A stretch of DNA of 64,000 nt from Macrostomum lignano (taxonomy: Eukaryota). The stretch's first letter is position 1. Each line of letters begins with the position of its first letter. Positions 13,501 to 41,459 of the stretch are shown here, piece by piece. Both the position numbers and the translations under genes were made by a program. The stretch covers positions 496,001 through 560,000 of the forward strand of contig NIVC01000175.1 in NCBI GenBank assembly GCA_002269645.1, in the 5' to 3' direction. The notes beneath the pieces are model-generated. The model saw only the letters and a list, made by a program, of their open reading frames with translations, was not told the origin of the DNA and did no database searches.

Positions 13501-16500
13501 TGGTCAGGTGTGGGACAGACTGGAGATTGAAGCTGGTCAGGTGTGGGACAGACTGGAGATTGAAGCTGGTCAGGTGTGGGACAGACTGGAGATTGAAGCT
13601 GGTCAGGTGTGGGACAGACTGAAGATTTAAGCTGGTCAGGTGTGGGACAGACTGGAGATTGAAGCTGGTCAGGTGTGGGACAGACTGGAGATTGAAGCTG
13701 GTCAGGTGTGGGACAGACTGGAGATTGAAGCTGGTCAGGTGTGGGACAGACTGGAGATTGAAGCTGGTCAGGTGTGGGACAGACTGGAGATTGAAGCTGG
13801 TCAGGTGTGGGACAGACTGGAGATTGAAGCTGGTCAGGTGTGGGACAGACTGGAGATTGAAGCTGGTCAGGTGTGGGACAGAATGAAGATTGGAGCTGGT
13901 CAGGTGTGGGACAGAATGAAGATTGGAGCTGGTCAGGTATGGGACAGACTGGATCGATGCTGCGGGGTCAGTTGTCATAAATAATTTCTACTTCCGCCTG
14001 TTGCCGCCATCAAAACATATCAGCTCCAGCAGCGCTTGGATGAAATCAACCTGGTGCAAGCTGAGACTGCTCAGGAAAACGAGAGACTAGCCAAGGAGCG
14101 CGACGCTCTGGAAGAGGAGCTCTCAGAATCTCGCGAGGCTCTGGAAGAGTCGCAGTCCTACGTTGAAGAGTTGCAGAAGAAGTTCAAAGACGACCGAAGG
14201 AAACGGGCTCAGGCGGCGATTGCTTTGAGCGAAGGCATCGCGCTGGAGCGGGAGACTCTGGTGCGCCAGCTGGACACCCTCCGGGACGTGAACAAGAAGC
14301 TGAAAGACGAGTCTGACATGTCAGGAACCCTGGACTCGGGCGACAGAGGCCTGGGCTTCGGGGAAATTGTGCACTTCCGCGAAGGCGGCGAAGAGGGCAG
14401 CAGCGGCGGCGGAAGCGGCAGCCAGAAAGACAGCCCGACTGGAGGGGCCGCGGCAAAGAGCTTCAACAGGCAGGAGTCGCTGCAGGGCTTGAATGCCGCC
14501 TCTGCTGTCATCGTTGGGTGAGGAATGACTTCCATAATCCTACAGATTTGTTCTCCAGCTGTATCCTCATTCAAGCTTCATCCTTTGGTTCATCGTCATC
14601 TCCAGCTTCATCCTCCTCCTCAGCTTCATCCTCATTCTCAGCTTCATCCTCCTCCTTAGCTTCATCCTCATCTCCAGCTTCATCCTCCTCCTCAGCTTCA
14701 TCCTCATTCTCAGCTTCATCATCATCCTTAGCTTCATCCTCATCTCCAGCTTCATCCTCCTCCTCAGCTTCATCCTCATTCTCAGCTTCATCATCATCCT
14801 TAGCTTCATCCTCATCTCCAGCTTCATCCTCATCATCAGCTTCATCCTCATCTCCAGCTTCATCCTCGTCTCCAGTTTCATCCTCATGTCCAGCTTCATC
14901 CTTATCATCAGCTTCATCCTCATCTCTAGCTTCATCCTCATCTCTAGCTTCATCGTCATCTCCAGCTTCATCCTTTTCATCAGCTTCATCCTTTTCATCA
15001 GCTTTATCGTCATCTCCAGCTTCATCCTCATCTCCAGCTTCATCCTCATCTCCAGCTTCATCCTCATCTCCAGCTTCATCCTCATCTCCAGCTTCATCCT
15101 CATCTCCAGCTTCATCGTCATCTACAGCTTCATCCTTTTCACCAGCTTCATCCTCATATCCAGCTTCATCCTCATCTCCAGCTTCATCCTCATCCAGCTT
15201 CATCCTTATCTCCAGCTTCATCCTCATCTCCAGCTTCATCCTCATCTCCAGCTTCATCCTCATCGCTTCTTTTCACCCTTCAGTTATATTTGGCGTTTTA
15301 ACCCTGATTTTCGCCCTCGACACTTTCAGCGGCGAAACCCTCGCTGACATCATGGACGGCGACGAAGACGACTGCGAGTATGACTACGACGGCGACGCTG
15401 GCGCATTCGGTGGCGCTGGCGGCGGCTTTGGACGCGGCAGCCCCATCGTGTACGAGACCATCGAGTCCGAGTCCTACCAGCCTGTCAATCTGGTTCCGCC
15501 GGTGCCGCCACCGCCGCCTCCGAAGGAGACTTCTGAGACGGCCACCATGATGACTCCATGTCCGAGTCGTCAACCGACGCCACCGCCAACGCCGCCACCT
15601 CTTCCGCCGCCGGTTTCAAAATGCGAGATGGAAATTCAAACCGAAGAGATCGAACTGCCGACGCCTGTGGTGCCAGTGGTAGTTAAAGAGTGAGCAAAAC
15701 TTAGTATGGTGGACTAGCGGAGCTTATCCCTTCGAGTGTCAACGGAACCCCCCTTCCATGAATAACATTTCTCCTCAGTGAATACCCCTGTCAACAGAAT
15801 CTCTCCATACACATAACTCCTTCCCCCACAGAACCTCCGCCGCATAACTCCCCCACAGAACCCCTCCCCCTGGCCCATAGAACCCCAGCCCCCACAAAAT
15901 TCCTCCCCCCGGCCCACAGAACCCCAGCCCCCACAGAACCCTCCCCCACAGAACCCTCCCCCAACAGAACCCTCCCCCCACAACCCTCCCCCACAGAACC
16001 CTCCCCCACAGAACCCTCCCCCCACAGAACCCTCCCCCCACAGAACCCTCCCCCCACAGAACCCTCCCCCAGCAGAACCCTCCCCCCACAGAACCCTCCC
16101 CCAACAGAACCCTCTCCCCACAGAACCCTCCCCCACAGAACCCTCCCCAACAGAAACCCTCCCCAACAGAACCCTCCCCCAACAGAACCCTCCCCACAGA
16201 ACCCTCCCCCACAGAACCCCCCCACAGAACCCTCCACCACAGAACCCTCCCCCACAGAACCCTCCCCCACAGAACCCTCCCCCACAGAACCCTCCCCCAC
16301 AGAACCCTCCCCCAACAGAAACCCTCCCCCAACAGAACCCTCCCCCCAACAGAACCCTCCCCCAACAGAACCGTCCCCCACAGAACCCTCCCCACAGAAC
16401 CCTCCCCACAGAACCCTCCCCCACAGAACCCCCCCCACAGAACCCTCCCCCACAGAACCCTCCCCCACAGAACCCTCCCCCACAGAACCCTCCCCCACAG

Positions 16501-19500
16501 AACCCTCCCCCACAGAACCCTCCCCCACAGAACCCTCCCCCACAGAACCCTCCCCCACAGAACCCTCCCCCACAGAACCCTCCCCCAACAGAACCCTCCC
16601 CCAACAGAACCCTCCCCCCACAGAACCCTCCCCCCAACAGAACCCTCCCCCCAACAGAACCCTCCCCCAAACAGAACCCTCCCGCACAGAACCCTCCCCC
16701 CAACAGAACCCTCCCCCACAGAACCCTCCCCCCACAGAACCCTCCCCCCCACAGAACCCTCCCCCAACAGAACCCTCTCCCCACAGAACCCTCCCCCACA
16801 GAACCCTCCCCCAACAGAAACCCTCCCCCAACAGAACCCTCCCCCCAACAGAACCCTCCCCCACAGAACCCTCCCCACAGAACCCCCCCCCCACAGAACC
16901 CTCCTTCACAGAACCCTCCCCCACAGAACCCTCCCCCACAGAACCCTCCCCCACAGAACACTCCCCCACAGAACCCTCCCCCCATAGAACCCTCCCCCAA
17001 CAGAACCCTCCCCCAACAGAACCGTCCCCCACAGAACCCTCCCCCACAGAACCCTCCCCCACAGAACCCTCCCCCACAGAACCCTGCCCCACAGAACCCT
17101 CCCCCCACAGAACCCTCCCCACAGAACCCTCCCCTACAGAACCCTCCCCCCACAGAACCCTCCCCCCACAGAACCCTCCCCCACAGAACCCTCCCCCCAC
17201 AGAACCCTCCCCCACAGAACCCTCCCCCCAACAGAACCCTCCCCCAACAGAACCCTCCCCCACAGAACCCTCCCCCCAACAGAACCCTCCCCCCAACAGA
17301 ACCCTCCCCCAAACAGAACCCTCCCGCACAGAACCCTCCCCCCAACAGAACCCTCCCCCACAGAACCCTCCCTCTACAGAACCCTCCCCCAACAGAACCC
17401 TCCCCCCATAGAACCCTCCCCCAACAGAACCCCCCCCCACAGAACCCTCCTCCCTATAAGCTTTCCCATTTTTCAATGAAAACCTATTTTTAAAGTACGC
17501 CATACACTTTTCCTCCCTCTGCAGCTCAGAAGCCAACGCTGACTCTGGTGTCGACCGACCGACGCCCGAAGGGGCCGGCGACGAAGATGCCCACTCGGTG
17601 GCCACCACTGGAGCAAACAGCTCGGAGGCTGCCATGCTGGTAAGATGAGGCAAATAAAGTTTCCTATTATTTAGAAGCATTGATAGACACTCGATTCGAT
17701 TATATTTAGGCTGGCAAATCGCCCGAACGAATCTTCAAAGTGGTGTTCGTTGGCGACTCCGGAGTTGGCAAAAGCTCCATCATTCATCGGTTCTGTCAGA
17801 ATTCGTTCAAGTCCACGTTTTCCGCCACTATTGGCATCGATTTTCAAATTAAAACAATGTGCGTTGAGGAGCAGGTGATTGCGCTGCAACTCTGGGACAC
17901 GGCGGGGCAGGAGCGGTGAGCTATGACTAATACTTACACGTGTCTTGAGGGCGCCAAACTATACTTATAAGTGTCTTGAGGGCGCCAAACTATAGTTATA
18001 AGTGTCTTGAGGGCGCCGATCAATGCTTATAAGTGTCTTGAGGGCGCCAAACTATACTTATACATGTAAGTGTCTTGAGGGCGCCAAACTATAGTTATAA
18101 GTGTCTTGGGGGCGCCGATCAATGCTTATAAGTGTCTTGAGGGCGTCAAACTATACTTATAAGTGTCTTGAGGGCGCCGATCAATGCTTATAAGTGTCTT
18201 GAGGGCGCCAAACTATACTTATAAGTGTCTTGAGGGCGCCAAACTGTACTTATAAGTGTCTTGAGGGCGCCAAACTATACTTATAAGTGTCTTGAGGGCG
18301 CCAAACTATACTTATAAGTGTCTTGAGGGCGCCAAACTATACTTATAAGTGTCTTGAGGGCGCCAAACTATATTTATAAGTGTCTTGAGGGCGCCGATCA
18401 ATGCTTATAAGTGTCTTGAGGGCGCCAAACTATACTTATTAGTGTCTTGAGGGCGCCAAACTATAGTTATTAGTGTCTTGAGGGCGCCAAACTATAGTTA
18501 TAAGTGTCTTGAGGGCGCCAAACTATACTTATAAGTGTCTTGATGGCGCTAAACTGTAGCTTTAGGTGTCTTGAGAGCGCCAAACTTCAATGTCTGTGGC
18601 GCCAAACTTTAAAATGTCTGTGGCGCCACACACTTTAAAGTGTCTGTGGCACCAAACTTTGAGGTGTTTAGTAGCGCCCAACTCCCAGGTGCTGAGTGGC
18701 CCCAAACTCTAACGTGTCTGTGGCGCCAAACTATCAGGTGTTCAGTGGCGCCAAACAATCAGGTGTTTAGTGGCGCCAAACTCTCAGGTGCTTAGTTGGT
18801 CCCAAACTCTAACGTGTCTGTGGCGCTAAACTATCAGGTGTTTAGTGGCGCCAAACAATCAGGTGTTTAGTGGCGCCAAACTCTCAGGTAATCAGTGGCG
18901 CCAAACAATCAGGTGTTTAGTAGCGCCCAACTCCCAGGTGCTTAGTGGGTCCCAAACTCTAACGTGTCTGTGGCGCCAAACTACCAGGTGTTTAGTGGCG
19001 CCAAACTACCAGGTGTTTAGTGGCGCCAAACTACCAGGTGTTTAGTGGCGCCAAACTCTCAGGTGTTTAGTGGCGCCAAACAATCAGGTGTTTAGTGGCG
19101 CCAACCTATCAGGTGTTCAGTGGCGCCAAACAATCAGGTGTTCAGTGGCGCCAAACAATCAGGTGTTCAGTGGCGCCAAACAATCAGGTGTTTAATGGGG
19201 CCAAACTCTCACTACTTCTATTTTCATCTCCTTTTCAAATCAGATTTCGCAGTATAACAAAGCAATACTTTCGCAAAGCCGACGGCATAGTGATTGTTTA
19301 CGACGTGACCAACTCAGTCACCTATTTGCACCTGCGCGAATGGATGGAATCCGTGGTTGAAGGCGCCGAAGACAACGCAGTCAAGATGGTCCTTGGCAAC
19401 AAGGTAGATCTAGCCGGTGAGGCGAGTTCCGATGGAATGCAAAATGTTGTCGACAAGAAGAGTGGCAGCCAGTTGGCTGACGAGTTCGAAGCTCTGTTCT

Positions 19501-20634
19501 ATGAAGTTAGCGCTAAGAGTGGCTCAAGCATTAATGAGGCTTTTCACGCCCTTGCCTGGTAAGAATTAGCTAGTGCTTATACTAGAGGGATTTACGTGTA
19601 GAGGGATTAATGACATCTAAAGGGATTAGTGAGACTTTAAAGAGATTAGTGAGAAATAGAGGGTTAGTGAGATTCAGTTAGGATTGATAAGAGATCTAGT
19701 TGGGATTGATAAGAGATCTAGTTGGGATTGATAAGAGATCTAGTTGGGATTGATAAGAGATCTAGTTGGGATTGATAAGAGATCTAGTTGGGATTGATAG
19801 GAGATCTAGTTGGGATTGATAAGAGATCTAGTTGGGATTGATAAGAGATCTAGTTGGGATTGATAGGAGATCTAGTTGGGATTGATAAGAGATCTAGTTT
19901 TGATTGATAAGAGATCTAGTTGGGATTGATAGGAGATCTAGTTGGGATTGATAAGAGATCTAGTTGGGATTGATAAGAGATCTAGTTGGGATTGATAGGA
20001 GATCTAGTTGGGATTGATAAGAGATCTAGTTGGGATTGATAAGAGATCTAGTTGGGATTGATAGGAGATCTAGTTGGGATTGATAAGAGATCTAGTTGGG
20101 ATTGATAAGAGATCTAGTTGGGACTGATAGGAGATCTAGTTGGGATTGATAAGAGATCTAGTTGGGATTGATAGATCTAGTTGGGATTGATAAGAGATCT
20201 AGAGCGATTGATAAGAGATCTAGAGCGATTGATAAGAGATCTAGTTGGGATTGATAAGAGATCTAGAGCGATTGATAAGAGATCTATGGTGTTGATAAGA
20301 GATCTAGAAGGATTTGTGAGATATTAGGTAAGATATCTTAGGACACGATTGGGATATTTAGACAGATACATACATAACATACGAGCCTATGTGAGAGATT
20401 CAGGGGCATTGCTGAGATCTAAAGGAATAACTGTTAAGATCTACATGTCGCACAGGTTAGAGATGTACATGTACCCGTCTATGTCAGCTATCAAAATAAA
20501 AGTGCATGACCTGATCGAACTGACAATAAACGCAACATTTCAGCGTTCTTCGCGAACGGGAAGACAGAGAGCTAAAGAACGCTATCAGAATCAGTGCCGA
20601 CATTGAAAAGAAGAAGGGATGCTGTGGAAAGTAA
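7569..20634 (+). CDS. CRACR2A: EF-hand + coiled-coil + Pro-rich + Rab GTPase (CRACR2A/Rab46-RASEF/Rab45 family), 779 aa; join(7569-7785,8406-8613,11942-12088,12178-12364,14024-14517,15330-15689,17525-17639,17710-17915,19244-19558,20544-20634)
   Basis: All 9 introns are GT-AG with matching phases; total 2340 nt = 780 codons. EF-hand loop DDDGNGYLTLEE, coiled coil, Pro-rich tract, G1 GDSGVGKS, G3 [22 protein letters not shown], G4 GNKVD, G5 EVSAK, and C-terminal KKKGCCGK* prenylation motif. The N-terminus looks like CRACR2; the Rab domain is intermediate between CRACR2A and RASEF, so the symbol is family-level. Confidence 0.92.
7870..8360. repeat. 12-bp array (atgaactcactc) in CRACR2A intron 1
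   Basis: Direct periodicity. Confidence 0.9.
8624..9280. repeat. 16-bp (ctggggtgagactgag) then 22-bp (gagactagagtgagatctaaat) arrays in CRACR2A intron 2
   Basis: Direct periodicity. Confidence 0.9.
9924..11345. repeat. 14-bp polypyrimidine array (cccactctccctct) with an internal duplication of about 663 bp
   Basis: Variants ccagtct (10404/11067) and tccgact (10614/11278) recur at a 663-664 bp offset. Confidence 0.92.
12384..13950. repeat. 33-bp minisatellite (gtgtgggacagactggagattgaagctggtcag) in CRACR2A intron 4
   Basis: About 47 near-identical copies. Confidence 0.97.
14570..15265. repeat. 18-bp array (ccagcttcatcctcatct) in CRACR2A intron 5
   Basis: Direct periodicity. Confidence 0.92.
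15820..17455. repeat. About 15-bp C-rich array (acagaaccctccccc) in CRACR2A intron 6
   Basis: Direct periodicity with variable C-run length. Confidence 0.95.
17930..19210. repeat. 31-bp (acttataagtgtcttgagggcgccaaactat) array grading into a 25-bp (tcaggtgtttagtggcgccaaacaa) array, CRACR2A intron 8
   Basis: Direct periodicity; both units keep GGCGCCAAA. Confidence 0.92.
19680..20310. repeat. 22-bp array (ataagagatctagttgggattg) in CRACR2A intron 9
   Basis: Direct periodicity. Confidence 0.93.
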
Positions 20635-22944
20635 CTTTTTGCGTAGAATATGATTTGAAATCAACTAGCTACAATATATTTTGTTTAAATGGCGTGGGAC
20701 GAAATCTAGAAAATTTCATGACTTTCAACGTCCTAAAAAGACATTGAAATCTGTTAATCCAATTCCGAACGGATATAAACAAATATTGGATTTTCTAGTC
20801 AATAAATTTATCTACTCCCATTGACCATTGCTGCATGGCATTTATTAACTATCGTCACTTGTAATGGATTTTGTTTCTAAGTCTTCAAAAAATTGGAAAA
20901 TATGCTATTTTTGCGTATTAAAACACTTAATCTATCTAACCACAAATTTTAACTCGTAGCGCTCAGCTTGCGTGTGTCTGCCTTGCGGTGTTTTATTTCT
21001 CTCGTGTCTCTATCCTGTAGCTCTATTGCGTCAATTCAGGAAATTTATTTCAAATAATTAATACGCTACTTCAAGTAGTTGATGTGCGCTTGATTAATAT
21101 ACTATATGTAACTAGTAGGTGGTGGATAAGTGTTTATGTTTATGCAAAACTATTTATTCCCTGATTCCAATTGCAGTAGTTTCACTTTTGAATTTTATAT
21201 TTGTGATGCTCAATACACGTATAAGCATATACATACGAGTCGTATATTTACGTATATTTTATATCAGTAAGTGCTATCATTTCGCTAGCTAAATTTTGTA
21301 ACATGCAATTACGGGGCTGAATGTTAAAGCTATCTGATTTAAAATTTGTACTTGAGGCCTTTCGATCGTAAATTATTTGTTATAATAGATAGTAACAATT
21401 TTAAAGCACTGTTTCAAGGGCCTATGGAAGGGAGACAGGACAGAAGGTTCGCTATACCTAATTTGTATATTTTTATATTAATTCAAGCACCTGTTAAGTT
21501 TAAAACATAAAAACTCATGCATTGATGCCACTTATGAAAGGTTTCAGAACTTATAAACTGCACAAAACAGATTATATTTTGTTTAAGTTCTAAAAATTAC
21601 ACGAAACTAATGTACGTCCATCGCGGTCCGGTCCATATTTTTTATTGTCCCAATTGTTTCAAGGATAGCTGTCGTTAATTTATAGTTTCACTTGATGTTT
21701 GAAAGTTAAAATGATTTGCATTGCATATCATATATTTTATTTTTAAATTAGATATTTAAAAGCGATATGTATAATGATCACCAATTGTAAAAAAGGTTAT
21801 TAATTTGTTACTGCATGAATCATTTCATTTTTAACTTGCACATTATAGTAAACTTCTATGTTTGCACATAGAGAATTTATCTAGCTGTCACTAACTTGTT
21901 AATAGATATTTTAATTTATTTTGATAATATTAGCATAGCGCGGTCATTCGATGCTTATATTTTATTTCTTCTAATCAAAATGTGATAATACAATATTTTT
22001 GTTATAAACTTTACTTTTCTCGGCGGCGTTTGTGGTGATTCGCGCCTTTAGCAAATTATTTGGTGATTCTCTTCCTCGATTCAATGGCTTTGTTAAATTA
22101 AAATGTAATAAACACCTCGTGTGCTTATATTAACACGCCTACATGTAAATTGAATATATAAATACATAACTATAGCTGTCACATCAACTGCCGGTCCCAC
22201 TGCACGTGGATCGGATCAAATATCAATTTATATGCAGTTATATTTTCTGCATCTACTTTGTCTATTTTTTCAAAGCAACACTGTAGCTTATAAAACCGCC
22301 TATTATTTTGAATATAAGAAATATTGCCATATTATTACAGAAATACGAAACTACTTTTTAAATCGTGGTAATTGTCTTCCTTGTACTGGACTCGCCGTAA
22401 ACAATTAATAAAGTACATGTTAAAACAAAAATGCAGACAGAAACTAATTAGAGAAACAAATTTTGAAACATTCAAAACCTTTCGATCTAAGTTATTTATC
22501 TCGTTGGGGATAAAAAATTCATGCTTGCATCAGTCAGCCGGTTTAATTTGTAAATGTGCTCTCTAGATATGGCTACTGCAGTATTTTAATTAATGCAATC
22601 GTCGCTATAAAACACAGCGGGAGTATTAACTACCACTCTAAAAATCTAGCGGCTACTCAGCTAAATCATGATGAGCCTGCACATCATATATGACTGACTG
22701 TGTATTTTTAAATGGCATATACGGTACATTAACTGCCTGCCTGCCTGTCTATGACTTCCTCAAACTGCTGCTGTACATGACAGAAAAATTATTGTTTATT
22801 CCTAACCCAGCTCTGCAACCCCCTAATCGCAGCAGTTATTCCACCGTTTACCCGGGTACTCTACATTGAAGTAGCTCACATATCGTTTATTAGTAATAGC
22901 TATATTTGTAGACAATTTCAGCAAATTATTCGTCTAATAGCTTC

Positions 22945-23670
22945 TGCTTCCTCTCCCTCTCTCCCTCTCTCTCTCTCTCCCCTCTCCCTCTATCAACTCT
23001 CCCTCTCTCTCCCCTCTCCCTCTCCCTCTCTCTCCACTCTCCCTCTCTCCCCTCTCCCGGCCTCTCTCCCCTCTACCGGCCTCTCTCCCCTCTCCCTCTC
23101 TCCCCTCTGCCTCTCTCCCCTCTGCCTCTCTCCCTCTCCCTCTCTCTCTCTCCCTCTCCCTCTCTCCCTCTGCCTCTCTCCCTCTCTCTCTCCCTCTCTC
23201 CCTCTCCCTCTCTCCCTCTCCCTCTCTCCCTCTCCCTCTCTCCCTCTCCCTCTCTCCCTCTCCCTCTCTCCCTCTCCCTCTCTCCCCTCTGCCTCTCTCC
23301 CTCTCCCTCTCTCTCTCTCTCCCTCTCCCTCTCTCCCCTCTGCCTCTCTCCCTCTCTCTCTCCCTCTCTCCCTCTCCCTCTCTCCCTCTCCCTCTCTCTT
23401 TCTCCCTATCCCTATATACCTCTCCATCCATCTCTCTCCGTCTCCCTGTCTCCCAGCTCTCTCCTCTCCATCTCCCTCTTCCCCTCTCCACCGCCCTTTC
23501 CCTCTCCCTCTCACTCTCCCCATCCTTCTGTCCCCTTTCCGTCTCTTCCCTCCCTCCCTCTCTTCGCTTTCCTTCCGTTCCTTTTTCTCTTCCTCTCCTC
23601 TCTCCCTCTCTCCCTCTCTGTCTCCATCCCCTTCTCTCAATCTCCCTTTCATCATCTCCCCTTATCCTTC
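22945..23670. repeat. CT-rich polypyrimidine tract
   Basis: Almost only C and T on the + strand. Confidence 0.85.
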
Positions 23671-24419
23671 CTCAAGTCCCCCAGCGATTTTAGGCACCCA
23701 CTTCAAGCTGATATTTCAGTCCCTCTGATCAATATCAGAGTCTCATTCTCTCTCGCAGAATTAATCTTAATCCCTATAATATTTGCAATCCCCCTACCCT
23801 TCTCTTCCCTCCCTTTCCGATTGCCTCATCAAATTTCTCCGAGAAGCTCGCATGGGCAATTAAAATCGCATTAAAAAGCGGCAGAATACTCTCGTAGCAG
23901 GCAGCCTCTCAGAGATATTATGTTCACTTTATTCTGTAGATGAACAGAAGTAGATTGGTAGATAGAAAAGGTAGATAAGCAGAAATTTATTGGTAGATAG
24001 AGAAGTAGATAAGCAGAAATAGATTGACAGATAGATTCTTACCAGGATTATAGACTATAACAAGGAAGTACATCCACATGAGATGAAAATACAATTATAG
24101 ATGGTAGACATAAGAGGCTTGAACCAGAGTCACAGCTACGGTACACTGCAGATTAGCTATAAAGTGCTGCATCCACTCGCCAGCGCTATCATCAATGGCT
24201 CTCCATGCCGTGTTGTTTTTATCGGGTTGTAAAAAAGTACAAAGTACGAAGAGCATCGAATCGTTGCCCTTCCCTTAACGGCTTCCCATTCTCCCCCCGA
24301 TACTGCAGTCTGCCTGTCTGTATTTTTGCACTCTGGTTTGCCTACTTTTTCTGCATGAATACGGATATAGCAGATGTGAAATACGCGCATAGATGGATAC
24401 TATAATTTAAACTGTTTCA

Positions 24420-25660
24420 AGCAGATAGATGGAGATAGATGCATGCAGCTAGAGGGAATTGGTAGATGGATAGGTAGATAGACAGAAGTAGATTGGTAGA
24501 TAGATAATTATTACAAGGATCAGTCGATATATCGGTTGATAGATCGGTCGACGATAGACATGGCAGATAGATTAGTAGATAAATGATAGATCGGTAGATA
24601 GATTGGTAGATAGATCGGTATATAGATTAGTAGATGGATCAGTCAATAGACAGGGTAGAAAGATCGGTAGATACATTGGTAGATAGATCGGTCGATAGAT
24701 TGGTAGATAGATCGGTAGATAGATTGGTAGATAAATGATAGATCGGTCGACCATAGACATGGCAGATAGATTGGTAGATAGATGATAGATCGGTCGATAG
24801 ATTAGTAGATCGATCGGTAGATAGATGATAGATCGGTCGATAGATTAGTAGATCGATCGGTAGATAGATGATAGATCGTTCGATAGATTAGTAGATCGAT
24901 TGGTAGATAGATGATAGATCGGTCGATAGATTAGTAGATTGATCGGTAGATAGATGATAGATCGGTCGATAGATTGGTAGATAGATCGGTAGATAGATTG
25001 GTAGATAGATCAATAGATAGATTGGTAGATAGATCGTTAGATAGATAGGTAAATAGATAGGTAGATGGATTGGTAGATAGATTGGTAGATAGATTGGTAG
25101 ATAAATGATAGATCGGTCGACCATAGACATGGCAGATAGATTGGTAGATAGATGATAGATCGGTCGATAGATTAGTAGATCGATCGGTAGATAGATGATA
25201 GATCGGTCGATAGATTAGTAGATCGATCGGTAGATAGATGATAGATCGGTCGATAGATTAGTAGATCGATTGGTAGATAGATGATAGATCGGTCGATAGA
25301 TTAGTAGATTGATCGGTAGATAGATGATAGATCGGTCGAAAGATTAGAAGATCGATCGGTAGATAGATGATAGATCGGTTGATAGATTACTAGATCGATC
25401 GGTAGATAGATGATAGATCGGTCGATAGATTGGTAGATAGATCGGTAGATAGATTGGTAGATAGATCAATAGATAGATTGGTAGAAAGATCGGTAGATAG
25501 ATTGGTAGATAGATCGGTAGATAGATTGGTAGATAGATCGGTAGATAGATTGGTAGATAGATTGGTTGATAGATCAGTAGATAGATTGGTAGATAGATTG
25601 GTAGATAGATTGGTTGATAGATCAGTAGATAGATTGGTAGATAGATCAGTAGATAGGCAG
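24420..25660. repeat. GATA-derived compound array (tagatagattgg / tagatagatcgg) with internal block duplication
   Basis: Direct periodicity; ccatagacatggcagatagatt recurs near 24751 and 25121. Confidence 0.9.
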
Positions 25661-26145
25661 GGATGTAAAAGTAAATTATCAATGACAAATATTTTATTAC
25701 CAGATCTGCTGCATCAGGATCAGACTCTCACCAAGTTGTATAATATTAATGAATGTGCAGTAGCAATGGATAAAAAAATGACACCCTCATCGTTATAATT
25801 AATTTTATGCGCATATTATTACATTCATATAGAGTCATATGCTCGCGAGTAAATGTATAGAAACTGTAGCAGAACGAAGAGGCTGAGATGGGGAGCTGAG
25901 AAGAGACGAATGATGAAGAAGAAGAAGAGTTGAGCAAATCTTTCGAATGGCCCAGCTGATGACGAGATGGTTGCACTGCAGGATTTCTCTGACTGCTTCT
26001 GATTGGCTGGCTTGACCACGGTTTCGGGGTGGCTGGTCTGGACTGACCACTGCAGCCTCAGTTTTAAAGTGTTCGCTTTTGCAACTGCTTTTAGAGGTGT
26101 GAATCTTCTGTCTGCCACTGCTTCTGCTTTTTCTCAGCAGCAGAA

Positions 26146-40639
<14,494 letters not shown>

Positions 40640-41459
40640 TAAAGAAACGATATTTAATTACAATAGCAACCCTATATGTTATAAATATATATTTTAACTG
40701 CTATAATGTCAATCAATTATTTTTGGCTCAAAATTACGAATGTAATGAAAGCATAAAATGTAAATAAATAAATAAAATAAAAAAAGCAGAAAATTACTGT
40801 TTTTTGTGTGTTTCATTCTGACCACCAAAACAATACAGCTATTAAATTCTTTCATTTTTCCTACATTTTTATTCTCAGAAGACAACAAAAGGGACAACTG
40901 ATTTAACAGCTGTATATATCACATTAAAATGTAGGTCTATAATTACGCCTAAGGTCCAAAAGTGTACTTTATTCATTGTCTAAGAGACAGCAATTTAGCC
41001 TAGATTCAAACAAAAAGACAAAAAGACGCTTACGGTCTACTTACCATAGTAGTATCATTTATAGCCTAAAGCACACTTGAACTAAAATAGAGATTAACAG
41101 TTTGGCACCAACAAATATTGTTCAATAATTCAGTTTACTTGGTTAGCAAACATTGGAGTTTGTCGACCCCCAACTATACTACTAACTTGCATTGCTTTAA
41201 AAGTAATAAATCACAGGTATTTTCTGTTACGATAGCGTATTTTTAATTAATTAAGGAAACTAAACAAATGAAATCCAAAATACCCAATTATATAATTCTT
41301 ATTATTACTCTAATACTCTACTATTAGTAGTAGCACAAGTTTTATGGCCTATAGCAATAATATATTGAATTAAATATAATAATATCAAGATGTAAATAAT
41401 TTATTTGTCATGTCAAATATCGAACTCAATGCTGAATTAATCGGTAAGTGACAAAAATG

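Noticed and set aside
12384-13950. CRISPR-like regular repeats of 20-37 bp here and elsewhere
   Set aside because: Units are head-to-tail with no unique spacers, there are no cas genes, and the context is a eukaryotic intron.
12185-13984. 597-aa VPHLTSFNLQS ORF and WDRLEIEAGQ ORFs
   Set aside because: 33-bp array within CRACR2A intron 4.
14518-15329. Ser/Ala-rich extension in frame with exon 6, and the antisense acidic DEDEAG ORF
   Set aside because: 18-bp array within an 812-nt intron; the exon-5 frame hits TGA at the donor, so intron retention would not join them.
15714-17680. Gly-rich GGGFC/EGSVG ORFs on the - strand
   Set aside because: Antisense reading of the C-rich intronic array.
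7786-20543. A general rule that transcript-strand intron arrays are C-rich
   Set aside because: Counter-examples at 8624-9280, 12384-13950 and 19680-20310 are G/purine-rich on the sense strand.
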